Part shown: positions 36,450-49,500 of the stretch, one piece after another
Position numbering within the stretch: the stretch's first letter is position 1
How the letters are laid out: each line of letters opens with the position of its first letter
Origin: Nageia nagi
Lineage: Eukaryota > Plantae > Pinophyta
NCBI GenBank assembly: GCA_050084985.1
Contig: JBITNC010000001.1
Location: 180,172,001-180,236,000, forward strand
Reading direction: 5' to 3'
DNA length: 64,000 nt
Made by a program: the position numbers and the translations under genes
Notes under the pieces: model-generated
Told to the model about the DNA's origin: nothing
The model's database searches: none
What the model saw: the letters and a program-made list of their open reading frames with translations, nothing else

Positions 36450-39400
36450 AAATTTCAAAAGTAAAAATAATACACAATACCCTATCCTTTTCATGGAAAT
36501 TTGTCTACTCCCTATTGAAAGTGTAGCTCTACAAATAAAATTATAAATAAAAAGTAAATAAAGAAAGGACCAACAAGGAGAACTTGGATCCAAGCTTAAA
36601 AGCTTTCATTAATACAAGGAAAATTGTAGATTATGAAAAATTATGTACAAAAGGAAACCATGAAAAAGAGAATAAGAAAACTTCAGAGCAGAGTGGAGGT
36701 GGGAGATCCACCTCAAGAATTGGTAGATGAAGATTTTATGTTGGAACTTAAGGGCCTACAACCTCCCTGGTAAACAAATAGTTGTTATGAATCTCAGGAA
36801 GGAGCACAAATTAGATATTATATTAATATCTATTTGGTATTTTCTAATAATAGAGGGCTGACATTGATCTTATAAATTTGGGTAATACTAATCTCTACTT
36901 AAAGAAGTAGGTTCTAGCTTATTTTCTTCATTTAGTAATTCTAAAGATGGGTCGAATAGATTAGACTCAAAATGTCAATAATTAAAATTCATATGCAAAA
37001 GTCAACCTCAAACCACTAAAGAAAATAGATATTATATTGTTACAAGAAATAAATGTTGGAATGAATATCTTCAAAATAAAAAGGAAGATATGGAAGGAAG
37101 CATGGATTCTATGGAACCTAGTAGTAGTGAAGATACAAATAATTTTCTTCTCTTTAGTTAAATGTATATTAGTGGAGGTAACATGTTTAGATAATAACTT
37201 TTGCTTCATTTTATCTAATATTTTTGCTACAAATATGTTAGCCAACAGAAGAAGATTTTGGAAATAATTAGAAAACCACATAAATAGCTTTATTGATGAT
37301 ACATGGTTGTTAGGAGGAGATTTTAATTCCCCCCTTAACCTAGAGGATAAATTTGGAGGTATAACTAAATTGAAAACAAGTATGGATGATTTAAGAATAT
37401 TTATTGATGAAACAGGTTTGTCTAACTTAATACTGAAAGACTTTAAATTTACTTGGTCAAATAGAAGAAAAGGGATATGATTTATTCAAATAAGATTTAA
37501 TAAAATCCTTTCTTCTCTAGATTGGATAAAGGAATATCAAAATAATGAGTTAAAATATTTTTCATGAATAGCATAAGAATACAAACCTCTTTTACTTAAT
37601 ATGAATCCATATAAAAAAAAGAACTCGCCTTTTAAATTTGAATAAATGTGGATGACTCATCCCAACTTTAAGAAGAATTTGAAAGAATGGTGGAAAAAGA
37701 AAATACAAGGAAAAACCATGTATAGACTATCAAAGAAACTAGATAAAGTTGAAAAGAACCTCAAGAAATGGAACAAAATGATTTTCAAAAATGTAGCTCT
37801 CAAAAAATAAAGCCAAAAGGAGGAGCTAGAATTAATAGAACACAAAATTATTTGGAAAGGAAGAAATGAAGAATTAAGCAAACTGGAGAAATAATTTCTT
37901 TTAGATTACTACAATAACATCACATAAGAAGAAATGCATTAGAGACAAAAATCAAGAATTGCATGTTTCCAAGAAGGATATATGAATCCAAAGTTCTTTA
38001 AAATGGTAACTCTCAGGAGAACAAGTTTTACCAAAATTGTGGAAATAAAAAAGGAAGATGGATCTCTCACAAAAGATGAAGAGAAAATAAAAAATGAAGT
38101 AGTGAATTTTTACCAAAGATTACTAAGCCCATATTAGAAAGTCAATAAGAGAGCAATCAATCAGATCCTGGAAAGTATTCCTCTAATAATATGAGATAAA
38201 GAAAAATGGAATGTTACAAAGGAAATCAAATGATGAAGAAATCAGGAAGGTCTTGGCATTGATGAATAAAGATGAAACTCTTCGACCAAATGGATTTCCA
38301 GCAAGTGTCTTTCAACAAAATTGGGAAATAGTAGGTAAGGATATGAATCTTGCAATCAAAAAATTCTTTAAGAAAAGGAAAATATTAAAATAATGGCATA
38401 GTATATTCTTGGCACTAATTCCTAAGTCTCAAGAAGAAAAAGATTTTAAAGTATACAAACCAATAAGTTTATGTAATGTAATTTACAAAATCATTACAAA
38501 GATTATGGAAAAAATATTAAAGTTATTTCTTCCATTATTAATATCAACCGAGTAGGTTGGCTTTGTACATGGTAGGTAGATAACATATGGGATAGTGTTG
38601 ATGTGGTTCTTCATTCCCATCATAAGAAAAATAAAGCAACAATGATCCTCAAACTGGATATGTTAAATGCTCATGATAGAGTAAATTTGTTGTTTTTGGA
38701 ACTCATTCTCGAAAAATTTAGACTCTCTAATAAATAGAGGTGTTGGATCTAGGAGTGCATATCACACCTAAATTCTTAGTACTAGTAAACAGAGAAGCAA
38801 CATGTTTTTTTGAAATAAGTAGAGGATTAAGACAAGGAGTTCTTATTTCTTCATATCTTTTTATCATTATGAATGAAGAAGCTCTTGGGAGAACAATCAA
38901 AATAGTGAGGGAGAAATAAATTATAAAAAGAACTATAGTAGCAAAAGAATGTTCATCAACTACACACCACTAATTTTTTGATGACATAATCCTTATTGGA
39001 AAAGAAGAAAATAATGAAACAATTCAATTCAAAAAGGTACTACAATTATATGAAAGAGCTTCACATCATAAAGTAAACATCCATAAGATTAAGCTTTATT
39101 TGTTGAACACTATATAAAGGATAAAAATAATATTTCCACTATCTTAGGTTTCCAAATATATTCTCTGCCAACCAAATATTTAGATATGCCACGTTTCATT
39201 AGCAAATTACTCTCAAAATAATGGGGCAATTGAATAGACAAAATAAAATACAAACTAGATGGTTGGAAGGAAAAAACTTTGAGCTAATTTGGTAAATTGA
39301 ATTTGATAAAGAAAACCCTACAAAGTATACCCATTTATAGTGCCATGATGTTTAAAATACCAAGCTTTATATGTAAGAGAATCGACTAGATTTGTTGTAG

Positions 39401-40340
39401 ATTCATTTGGTGTATTGATCTACAAAAAAATATGGATTTGGTAGCATGGAAGAAAATATGTAAAGAAAAGGACCAAGGAGGATTAAGTATAAAGAAAACT
39501 CTCGATGTTAGCTAGGTTCTTAGAGGAAAAATGATATGGAGGCTAGAAGTAGAGAATGATAAGGATTGGATTAAAGTTTGTAGAGAAAACATCTTCAAGG
39601 GAAAAAATCCATTCTCATGGTATCAAACCCTTATATAGATCTCCCTTTTGAAAGGGACTAATGAATATCAAACGTATAATCACTAAGCACATCAAATGGG
39701 ATTTGGGAGCTGGTGATGAAGTGTAGTTTTGGGAAGATGTTTGGTTGAAAGACAAACCAATGATTTTTATATAAAAAATATAAAAGAGGTACTAAATGGA
39801 TTCTGGCCAATCAAGGAGAAAATGTTTTTGATTATTACAATAAAAATGAAGTTAAGTGGACTCTCAAAAAGCCAATTGAACCTAATATACAAAATTAGCT
39901 ATTGAGAGTGAAAAAAGAGGTGTTAAAAATAGGAGAGTTGTTAACAAAATAAGGGGATCAACCTAAATAGACTCTATCTAAGCATGGCATCTATACAATC
40001 AAACATGCAATTAAAAATATCAATAACACTCTAAGAATTGGCACCCCAAGCTCTAGAAAAAGGTTTGGTCTCAAGGGATTATTCCAAAAATATCTTTCTT
40101 TATTTAGACCCTAATACATAATAAACTACAAACTGTAGACAATCTGAAGAAAAGAGGTCTTCAAATACCTAATAGATGCTAGTTGTGCCTAAGAGAAAAA
40201 GAAACCATTAACCATACATTTGTATAGTGCTCTTTTACCTAAGAAATTTATAACACAATGAAAAAAGAGCTTCATTTTCAATGATCCAAACCACAAACAA
40301 TTGGTGAGAGTATCCTACAATGGGAATCGACCATAACAAA
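36450..40340 (+). mobile_element. Second L1 LINE (ORF1 3' end plus decayed ORF2 with endonuclease, RT and zf-RVT)
   Basis: ATG at 36727 (MKILCWNLRG), GGDFN, FTWSNRR, YKPISLCNVIYKIITK, SRGLRQG, FWEDVWL and PNRC*LC...ETINHTF motifs. Confidence 0.9.
36825..37025 (+). mobile_element. ~200-bp retroposed insertion in the L1 endonuclease
   Basis: 13-bp direct repeat TAGATATTATATT at 36812-36824 and 37026-37038, with an A-rich 3' end. Removing the insert restores HKLDIILLQE. Confidence 0.75.
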
Positions 40341-40849
40341 GCAAATCAAGTCTACAAGCTAATGAAGGAAAATATTATTGAAAATCTTTTAGCCAATGTG
40401 GAAAAAATTGAGGAAAATAAAATATCTAATAATTAAATAAGAGTTGATGATATGATAAGAAGAGGAAAAAAATGAAGCATTATCAATAATCATTATGATC
40501 TTTTATCTCAAAAGTACTCTAAAAATATGGATGGAGGTTGACAAGTATATCAATCATCATAGCAATTATTACATTTTTCACATAAGATCTATAATGCATC
40601 AAATATACAATTATCAAAAAGGAATGTGTTGTCATTAAATTCATCATCAAGGCTACAAAATGGGCTCCCACTCCTCCATACAACTTCCTTTGAAACCCAA
40701 CAACTAAAATATAATACTCAAGCCCACTAACAAATTTTATAATAGAGCTTTCAGTCTTAGATTTATATCACACCAACAAATATGGGAGGGAAATTAGGTT
40801 TTACAGAATCCACTGATATCATCAACACAAGGAAAAATCAAGAAGCATG

Positions 40850-41950
40850 ATGAATATTTCTTTGCACATGACAAATAGGATTTCATGAGGCATGTAGGGG
40901 ATTTGAGCATAGGCTTCAACCTATTTAGCTAACTCTTGTAAGGAAGGGAAATGCACAATTCATGGGAAAAAATAGTTTTCAATATGGAAATAGTTTTAGA
41001 GGAAATCTTCCTAAAAAATGAGGGTAAATAAATCATAAGAAAGTAAAATAATAAAAATATGGAAGAGGTGTAAAGAGTCCAGGGTGAAAATATTCAACAA
41101 AAAAAATATAGGATATGATACTATAGAACAAACATTTCATTGCCATGGGAAAAGGTGGTCAACCAAATAATGAGATACATCTCACTTGATGGAAGGCGTT
41201 TGGTTGTTAATTACTTTCCACTTTTCTCTATAAAGCCACTTCAAGTATGAAAATGAAGCAGTTAACTTCCTTTTATTTATTCTCTATTCCATTGAAATAT
41301 CCATCCAGAAAGTGAAAAATAATAAAGTTGAAGTTCCATTACACCAGTCAGTTATTAAACTAGTACATGAAATCCACTCAGCAAGACAACCTAGATTTCA
41401 ACCCTCTAATAGAACCATAATGGTGGATGAAGATGAAGAGGAAATTCCCTTTAAGAATATCATGGAAAGGAAACTTAAAAGGAAGATAAGGGTGAATGAA
41501 GTATCTAATGATGAACAAACTCGAGGATAATCTAGCACAAAAAGGCCAAATTAACACCACATATAAATCTTAAGCAATCTATATGATTAAAGAAAAAGGA
41601 GGGTGTAAAAAAAGAAGCAATGATAGAATAAAAAACAAGAAAGAATAAAGCAACAAGGTTGAACATCACTTACATGAAAAGGAGACATGAAGAATTCAAA
41701 GAAAAAGAGATGATGAAGAATGATACAAAAGAATCAAATTTAAGGGAGAACCAAATTAGGGGAGAAAGCATGCACTAAATCCCTATAGTAGAAAATATTA
41801 TTGAGGGGAACTTGCATAAATCCATAACTCTTTACAACATGAAACAACCTACACATAAATGGGTATAGTTTCCCCATTAGAGTAAGGTAAAGAAAATGAA
41901 GAATGAAGCATAAGGGAGGAGGAACAACAAAGCATCAAGAAAAGATTAAA
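40850..41950 (+). pseudogene. Decayed TE-associated ORF of unknown function
   Basis: Frameshifted PWEKVVNQIMRYISLDGR...HF...VNFLLFILYSIEISIQKVK...PLHQSVIKLV followed by an acidic/Lys-rich tail. Resembles hypothetical proteins I associate with gymnosperm TE regions. Confidence 0.5.
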
Positions 41951-42742
41951 ATATAAATCCATCAAAATGCCTCAGAGTTTCACACTTCATAATCAAATGT
42001 TTGCATAAGAAATACTATAAGGAGGTATGCTCAATGCCTACTTTAAGGTCTGCCATTGTATACATCCCATAATAGAGAAAAAGGTGTGTGTATATATATA
42101 TATAAGTAAGAAAAATTACAACAAACTATCATTTCTTGATAAGGAAGAGCAAAAAACTTATGTTATGAAAATGGACCCCACTATGGGAAAACAATTTGGG
42201 AAATTCAACAAAACCATATATTTCACTCCTAAACCATTAAGAAGCTAGCAACCAAAGGAATCCAACAAGTAAGATCACAAAATGAGAGCTTCATTTTTTT
42301 AACTATAAATGTAATATATGTAAATCATGCCAATATAGATTTGAATGGGTAATAGATAAATGCTTCATTCTTTAAAGGTATTTGCTTCATTATATTTTGT
42401 ACTAGCAAAATATGCAACATTATTTGTTCTATATTATCTTTATATATGTAAGGGATTTCTATCAAATCATTTACATGTTGTAAAACGTTCAAAGACCCTT
42501 TCAAAACTCTATTCTTTTATTAATATCAATTTACTCGAATTTAATCAAAAATAAAAATCATTATGATTTTTCTATAATTTCCCAACAAACTTTCTCAACC
42601 CATCAATGTCTTAAAAAAGGTTGCTTAAAGTCTTTGATAAGTAACTTGATATTTGGGGCATACACAATAATATAAACCCTTCAAATAATGGTAAATAAAA
42701 AATTAAAAATAAAGTAAATGGAAATTTTTAGAGCAATGATAA

Positions 42743-43635
42743 TTGAATATCCATCATACCCACATAAGATTATTTATCTCAAAAAGACGCTTATGATTGC
42801 AAAATTAAGAACTATTTCACATGAATTATATAGTGAAATATGTAGGTAGATGTATAATACTTGAAATAAGATAGGATAAAAGAATTTGTAGTAGGTTTAT
42901 AACCTAAATTCCATATAATATCAGACTTATTTTCCCCTTATCTTCCTACTTTGTAAAGATATTAGATAAACCTATAATGATATTTTTAATTACAACCCAA
43001 TCCATAAATTCTTAAACTAAGATAACCAAAATAGAATTCATAATTTTATTATACATCTTAATTATGTTACAAATAATCATTTAGATACATAAATTATATA
43101 TAATTATATTTGGACAAATGTTGATAGGTTTTACAAACCATTAGATTTAAAGGACATTAAAAGATATCGTATCAATATCAAAAATAAATAAAAATTAGCC
43201 TATTATAAAAACATTATCAACCCAAAACTTGAACATCCATCTTACTCATATAAGATTATCAATCTCAAAAAGAAACTTATGATCATAAAATTAGTACAAA
43301 TTCATATGAACTGCAACTAGATGAACGATACCTAAAACACCATAGGATAAATGAATTTGTAATTTTTGTAACCTATATACCATAGAAGATGAAACTCATT
43401 TTCTTCTTAGCTATCAATTTTACAAAGATATTAGACAAACTTATAATGATATTTGTAAATACAAACTAATCCACAAATTTTTAAACCAAAGTAACTAAAA
43501 CAGTCTTGTAATTTTATTAAGAATCTTAATTTTAAATCTAATGAATCTTAATTTTGTTAGAAATAATCAGTAAAATATATAAGTGATATATATTTATCAT
43601 ATGGACATATTTTGGTAGGTTCTACAAACCATTAA
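42743..43635. repeat. Diverged tandem duplication, period ~487 bp
   Basis: TTGAA.ATCCATC.TAC.CA.ATAAGATTAT..ATCTCAAAAAGA ... GGTT.TACAAACCATTA at 42743-43143 and 43229-43635. Confidence 0.8.
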
Positions 43636-43679
43636 CTTGGACAATAGTTGATAGTCTACAACTTCCTTGCTTAGTTATG

Positions 43680-44006
43680 ATGACTAGGATAAGATGAGAA
43701 GGATTGAAGGGATGTAATGTAGGTGAAGGTATATGCCACTGGGAGGTGGCGATGCTGAAAGGTTGCTAGGAACATATCGATATTGGTGGAGAGATAAACA
43801 ATGCGATGCTGTTGGGATCGCACAGATCATGGGTCGAATGCCTTAGGGGTTAATCTCCCTAAAATAATCTATCAAAAAATAGTGGCGACGATGGATCTAT
43901 GGTAGGCCACCTAGTGGAGGTGGTAGGGAGGCACCCAAAAAAGTTTTTTAGTTTTCAATATGTAAAAAAAAATAGATATAAAGTTTTTAATGAAGTTTTC
44001 CAAGAC

Positions 44007-44052
<46 letters not shown>

Positions 44053-45071
44053 CAAATTATTCTCCCACTTAAATTCATTTAACATTGAGCGTATATATAT
44101 AACTCTATTTTTTTCATACAAAAGTATAAGAAATTTGTAAGAAAGAAAATTTGCAATGTATAATGAAAAAAGATACATTTTAATATTTGCAAAATTTTCT
44201 TTCTAAAAAAAAACTCTTCTTTTTGTTTAAAAAAAAAGGAACTTGCAAGGTACAAAAATGCAAAACTTTTAAGAGTTGCAAGATACATAATATATTATTG
44301 CTTAAGAAATTAGATTAAGAATATGATCATTAACATAAACATTGATAAGAAAAAAGCAACAATATATTATGTTATTTGAAGCAATTTTTACTAATAAATT
44401 GAACTTACATAGTTATAACAAAAAAATGTTAGTAACATAAAGTAACCAAAAAAAGGATAAGAGGTTATACCTCTAGATTGTTTTACCTCGTAAAAAAAAA
44501 GTTGAACCTCCAAATATGTTGAAGAGGAACCTCTAAGAAGCTTTGATACCAAATAAAGGATTTAAGCTTTAAAGAACACAATCCTACTCTACCAAGATCA
44601 CTTTAAAGTTCACTCTAACATCAATACTCAAAGCATAAACACAATAGCCAATCTTACAAATTTGATACACATATAAAGTGGTTCCTCTCATACAAGATAG
44701 TAAAGCCATTAACTAAGATCTTTCTCTTTCACAAAGATAACTATTTTATAATACCTCTTTCTTCCTTTCCTAACATTAATCCTAGAGCATAGCTTTGTTT
44801 CTAATTTTTGTTTTTGTGAGTGATCACAAGAAGAGGGCCTTCTATTTATAGGCCAAAAACCTCCCTTGGATCACCCTTTTAACCATTGTACAAAAACATG
44901 ATATGCTTCACCCTTTTACCCAAGGGGTATGCTTATGAGAAGGAGTGTAAGATAAGTTACATTATCATATTCACTTAAATACTTAAGGTATCTAGGCATA
45001 CCTTTAAGTATTGATGAATTTACAAAGAAGAACATTACAAAACCTTACAATAATGCATTATACATCCCAAA
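43680..45071 (-). mobile_element. 5' LTR, PBS and leader of a Copia related to the 25497-33912 element (coding region absent)
   Basis: LTR ~44554-45071 aligns with 33413-33912 (CTATTTATAGGCCAAAA, CCCAAGGGG, AAATACTTAAGGTATC). PBS GCTTTGATACCA at 44540-44551. Leader has (TA)20 at 44010-44049 and a GC-richer block. Confidence 0.85.
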
Positions 45072-45249
45072 CTAACCCTCCATTATCCCCAACCATTAAC
45101 CTCATCATTTTTATTTCTTTACTAATAAATGGTTCTATTATCTATCTATAAACTCCAAATTGGTAAAGTTATTAACACTTAAAACCTAATTGATAAATTC
45201 TTTAAATAGAGTCCTATAGTTTTTGCTATCCATATTGTTGAAATGTTCA

Positions 45250-46360
45250 ATTATATCTCTTCACATATTTTTTCACCCTCTAGAACATCTAATATCATCC
45301 ATCCCATTTACAAAGTTGGTACTCCCCTCAACCCTAGAACCTACAAAATGATTATGATCAATCATACCCTAATAAAAGTATTTTTCATAACTCATGAAGA
45401 GTTTCATATCTTGCTTTTTTGAAACACATAATCTTCATGCACCTGATCAAGATGGATTTCATAGAACCTATCACATTGTTGATCACATCCTAATTCTATG
45501 GGCCACCATTGAAGAATCTTGAGCCAAAAAATGGAAGGTTTATTATTACTTTATTGGCTTTCAAAAATCCTTTAATATTATCACTATACATCTACTATTG
45601 CAATGACTTAAGAACCTAGGGATCCCTAAAGATGTTATATCCATTCCCATGACATTATATGAACAAGTTATGGGTAAGACCCAAGTTGGATTTCATCTAT
45701 TTTATAGGGTATATAACACTATTGATGTGAAACAATGTTGTCCCCTCTCACCTACTCTATTTAGGCTCTATATTGATGAACTTGAATAATTAATCCCAAA
45801 CACCTTGGTCCCAAACGTGGCATGTTTCTTGCATGATTCTATTATTTCAATTTTTCTCTTTATAGATAATACCATTTTACTATCTTATATAATAGTTGGA
45901 CTTCAACATCAAGTTGATAACCTAAGTACCTTCGATAATAATCATGGTCTTGGAGTTAATATTAAAAAGGAAAACGTGATGTCCTTTAATAATTCAAGAG
46001 AAAATTATTCCAAAACCCACTTTATGTTCAACGGGAAATATATTGAGGTAGCCACTTCTTACACCTATTTAGATGTGTTCTTCACATGTACTACTTTTTT
46101 CTTGATACCAAACTTCTAAAACAATTTAAATAAAGGCTATGTTGCACTTATCAAACTTGAGATAGGATGTTTTCAAGTTTAATTCCAATATGTCTTGAAA
46201 AAAAAATCTTTTATGCTCTTATCTCTTTGGCTTTGCTTTATAAATATGAAGTTTAGGGACCTAGCTTGAGGTACTTTGATTGGGCCTGCATTGAGATGGT
46301 TTTAGTTACTATGCTCTCAACATCTAGTTGTGCCAAAAGAACTATCCTTCATTCTATTTA
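45250..46360 (+). mobile_element. Non-L1 LINE reverse transcriptase relic (RTE/RTE-X-like)
   Basis: QDGFH..IVDHILIL, FIGFQKSFN, VKQCCPLSPTLFRLYIDEL, FLFIDNTILL, GLGVNIKK.NVM.F and IEVATSYTYL motifs. Confidence 0.75.
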
Positions 46361-46549
46361 CACCTACAAAGGAATTTTAATTAAATAAAAATACATCTTT
46401 TGGGTATTTAAAATGAATTATTTATTTAAGTGATTTAATGTTATTATTATTATACACTTTCATTACTTTCATGTTTTATTACAACAAGGTCAACCCGAAG
46501 ATAAGCCCAAGAAGGTGTTTTAATATAGATAATTCCTATAAGATGTCTA

Positions 46550-49500
46550 TATTAGAAATAATATATTAGATAATAGGTATCTACAATTATGTAAAGGCTA
46601 TTTAATAATAATAGCCTAGTTAATAGTTAATGGTATTTAATAATTAAGGTTTATGGTAATACAATTATTGTACATGAATGCTTCCTAACATTGTATTTAA
46701 ACCCTTCATGTTAAATAATTAATGATAGCTTCTTTCCAATATTGTATGTGATGCTATTCTTCTTCCTACCCCATAAAATCGATCCATATCTAAGGAATAA
46801 CACATATCATATCGTCGATCTTCTATCATTCAAGGTTTCTTTAGAATCTGCATTTGTGTATCCATACAAGACAAACTTATCATTCTTCTTGTACTCCGAG
46901 CCATAATCATTAGTGCCATGGATGTATCTCAAAATATGTTTTATCATGGTCCAATGGGACTTTTTTAGTTCATGCATAAATCTTGAAATATAGCTAATGA
47001 TATAACAAATATCTGACCTAATGTATGCTAGGTAAATTAACCCTCCAATCAGCTAACAGTAGAGAGTTACATTTACCAATGGAGAATAATCATGATGTGA
47101 CAAATGTAAACTAGGTTCAATTGGCATGGACATTGAGTCACATTCTTAAATTTATCCATTAGCTTCTTGGTTTACTTCATCTATGAAAAAAATATCCGAT
47201 CTTGCATCTTTCAGACCTCCAATCTAAGGTAATAGTGAAGTAAACCAAGGTTGATCATGTCAAATGATCATTTGAGGTTATCTTTGTAAGATATGATCAA
47301 ATCCTCATTGTTGCTTGTGATAACAACATCATTGATATATACTACAACTATGATACTCTCCACCCCATGTTGTCGAAGGTAAACATTAGGATCATATGGA
47401 ATCCTATTGAAGTCATGTTGTAGTAGATGGGAATCAATTTTCATGTACCAGGCTCATGGAGCTTATTTCAAGCTATACAGAGACTTGATCAATATACACA
47501 CTTTTATTTTTTCTAGATCCATCAAAAATCTTTTAGGTTGCTACATGTATACTTCTTCCTCTAAGTATTTGTTTAGGAAGGCACTCTTGACATCCATTTG
47601 ATGGACTTTTTAGCTAAATTATGCTACCATTGCAAAAGTAATTTTGATGGTATTCATCTTGGTTGTGGGAGAAAAAGTCTCCTCATAGTCGATACCTTCC
47701 TATTGAGCATAACTTTTGGAAATTATTCAGGCCTTATACTTATCAATTGTACCATCATCTTTGTACTTAGTTTTGAACACCCATTTGCATCCAATGGACT
47801 CCTTTCCTAGTGGAAGATCTACCAACTTCCATGTACCATTTTTCATCAATGCATCATATTTAGCTTGTAAGGTTGACTTCTAATGCAGTAGCTCAATAGC
47901 TTCATGAACCATTTTAGGTTCAAGTATATTCAAAAATGTTCTCATCAGTGCCAAATTCACTTCCTCATGAGCCATGCTTTGTTTCCTTGGTCTAGAAGTG
48001 GAAGTGTTTGGTGTAGCACTCATGTTTAAGTCTTGCAGTGTCTTCTAGTAGCACTTAGGTCTTTTGATATTTTTAGGTGGAAAATTCACAATTGGAGCTT
48101 CTCTCTCATCATACTCATAATCATAATTGATTATGGGACTACTGTTAGGTTCAGGTACCTTTGTAGGTTGACTAGTTGAAGATTATCCCATCTCATCAAA
48201 GATTACATCTTTATTGATATAAGTATTTCAAGTAGTAGGATCCATGATTCTATAGGCTTTGGATTCACTATTGTACCCAATAAGAATGCACTTCTTTGAC
48301 ATTTCATCAATCTTCTTCCTTTGCTCCTTAGGAATGTGCATATAATCAGTACAACCAAATACTCGAAGATGTGAGATATTGGATAATTCTCCTAACCATG
48401 CTTCTTTAGGTGTCATCCATCAAGAGCTTTTGTGGGTATCCTATTTAGTAGATATGTGGCAGTATTTACTGCTTTAGCCCAAAATATTCCATCCATTTTT
48501 GCATCTTACAACATGCTTCTTACCATTTTCACAATGGTTTGATTTCTCTTTTCATAAACTCCATATTACTATGGTATGTAAGATGTGATCAACTGTCACT
48601 GAATTCCATGCTACTTCATGAATGCAAAAAACACATTTGACAAGTATTCCCCTCCTTGATCTAAGTAGAGAACATGGATGTGATGAGAAGTTTGTTTCTC
48701 CAAAAGTTCCTTGAATTCCTTAAAGTAGGAAAATGTTTGGTCCTTTGTCTTCAATAAATACACCTAATTTTTTTTGGAGTAGTAATTAACAAATAATAAG
48801 AAGTATCTGAGGTTAGAAATACTAGCCCAGATTGGTCCGCATAGATCAGTACGGATCATATCAAAAGCTCCTTTAACATGAGGTGTGCTATCATCAAATG
48901 AAATTCTATATGTCATTTTCCTGCTATGCAAGTGGGACAAACATTAGTATGAGAAGTAAGAGATGGAAGACCATGTACCATATCCTTCATTTATAGAGTG
49001 ATTAGATAATTTGGATTCATATGTCTGAATCTTTGGTACCAAAGAGTGGTCACATCTATGACATGAACACTAAGATCCTAATTTTTGTAAGCTACAACAT
49101 CAAGCAAAACTCCCAACTCCTTTTGCTTTTACTACTATTTGGCATCCTTTGGACTTATCACAAATGAAGCAATCTTTTCTCCTTTCAAAGTGTCAAACTC
49201 CACCTTCATATTTTTATCTAGCATCTAGCTAACTGACAAGAGGCTCTTCATCAGCCCTAGCACATACAAGATCTCTTTGATCTGATAGTTATTCTTTCCA
49301 ATTCATACATGAACATCACCCTTACCTTTAATGTCATGATATGTGTCATCGTCATTGACCAAGATTTGCATTGTCATCCAAGGAAGCAAACCAATCCTTT
49401 CAACCTGTCATGTGTTTGTAAGCACTAGAATCAACATAACAAGTGGAGAAGACTAAAGGATTCTCTTGATGAACAAAAGAGAGATTGCTAACATCTTCAG

